Below are positions 63,397 to 64,000 of a stretch of DNA of 64,000 nt, one piece after another. This stretch comes from Phycisphaerales bacterium (GTDB taxonomy: Bacteria > Planctomycetota > Phycisphaerae > Phycisphaerales > UBA1924), in contig JABWBC010000001.1 of assembly GCA_013360695.1 (NCBI GenBank), positions 7,684-71,683 of the forward strand, written 5' to 3'. The position numbers were made by a program, and so were the translations under genes. Within the stretch, counting starts at the first letter, position 1; each line of letters opens with the position of its first letter. The notes below the pieces were generated by a model. That model ran no database searches. It was not told where the DNA came from and saw only the letters and a list, made by a program, of their open reading frames with translations.

Positions 63397-64000
63397 CTAT
63401 CGCCTGCGGGCCATGGGCCGAACGAACATGGAAACGACGCGTTCCCCGGCCATCGGCTCGCGGAGCACGGGCAGGACCGCTTCACGATTCCCCGACCGCC
63501 CCGCGCCGGGCCCAACTCGAGGCGAAGGTCCAGATTTGCCGCCGCCTTGGAGCGACCTGGCCGCATCCACACTCGCGCGCAACGCGGCGTCGCACGCGTG
63601 CTCGCCGAACCAGATCGAGACAAAGGCGTCGATCGTCCGCGCCGAATCGCGATCCCGCGGGCGCACGAGATCGTCACGCGCGGTCGCAAAGGCCCGCGTA
63701 TACGCCTCGGCGCTCGCCATGAGCAACGATCCATCGCCCGAAAGTGCCTGCGCGATCGCGCCGCGCAGCTCGGCAAGCTCGGTCGCCAGCTCTTCGCGGG
63801 CCACGAGCACGGTCTCCGCGTCGGATTGCGAAAGCACCGGGATCGCGATCGCGACCTTCCGGTCCGCCGCTCTCGCTTCCAGTTGCTGCACCAGCGAAGC
63901 GGGCTCCGGCCGCGCAACGATCAGGCGGTGCCGAGCGGCGAACCGATCGAGCCCGGCGGCGATGGGAATGCTGATCCCCGGGTCCGGCCCCGCGCGAAGC
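63397..64000 (-). CDS. Hypothetical protein, C-terminal part (frame open to the right edge)
   Basis: The track lists 63397..63891, but the same frame has no stop in the 36 codons up to position 64000 (...GISIPIAAGLDRFAARHRLIVARPEPASLVQQLEAR...). The gene therefore probably starts outside the window. I recognised no family. Confidence 0.4.
   Translation of the reverse strand, partial: LRAGPDPGISIPIAAGLDRFAARHRLIVARPEPASLVQQLEARAADRKVAIAIPVLSQSDAETVLVAREELATELAELRGAIAQALSGDGSLLMASAEAYTRAFATARDDLVRPRDRDSARTIDAFVSIWFGEHACDAALRASVDAARSLQGGGKSGPSPRVGPGAGRSGNREAVLPVLREPMAGERVVSMFVRPMARRR

Overview
This is a high-G+C bacterial chromosomal window, densely coding on both strands, with about 62 protein genes by my reading. 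I recognised no rRNA, tRNA, CRISPR array, transposase or integrase. The backbone is housekeeping: proS (partial), mscL, hutG-hutI, map, trpA, a type III glutamine synthetase, ugd, a polyprenyl synthase, tyrS, pdhB-pdhC, greA, a dcw fragment (murC-murB-ddl-ftsQ-like), NfeD-NfeD-FloA and truD. Interleaved are envelope and accessory genes that suggest Planctomycetota, probably Phycisphaerae-like (inference only). These are: two prepilin-type H-X9-DG/DUF1559-like proteins, each next to a secreted protein ending in the same twin dockerin-like Ca-binding module; two tandem PEP-CTERM paralogs; three paralogous exported thioredoxin-fold plus helical-repeat proteins, one of which has lost its CxxC; a TonB-like protein without ExbBD; an ABC ATPase flanked by non-canonical membrane partners; a solitary beta-class DNA methyltransferase; and a low-GC3 ORF wedged between pdhB and pdhC. 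No single finding is decisive. The best candidates for undescribed biology are the membrane protein translationally coupled to the ftsQ-like gene in a cluster lacking ftsA/ftsZ, the thioredoxin-fold paralog family, the pseudopilin-like/dockerin-tailed pairs, and the ABC-centred module. Many long ORFs in the supplied track are antisense or out-of-frame shadows of real genes, which is normal at this G+C. Several real genes start well inside the listed ORF, so I give trimmed starts. All functional calls come from motif recognition by eye; no database search or computation was run.
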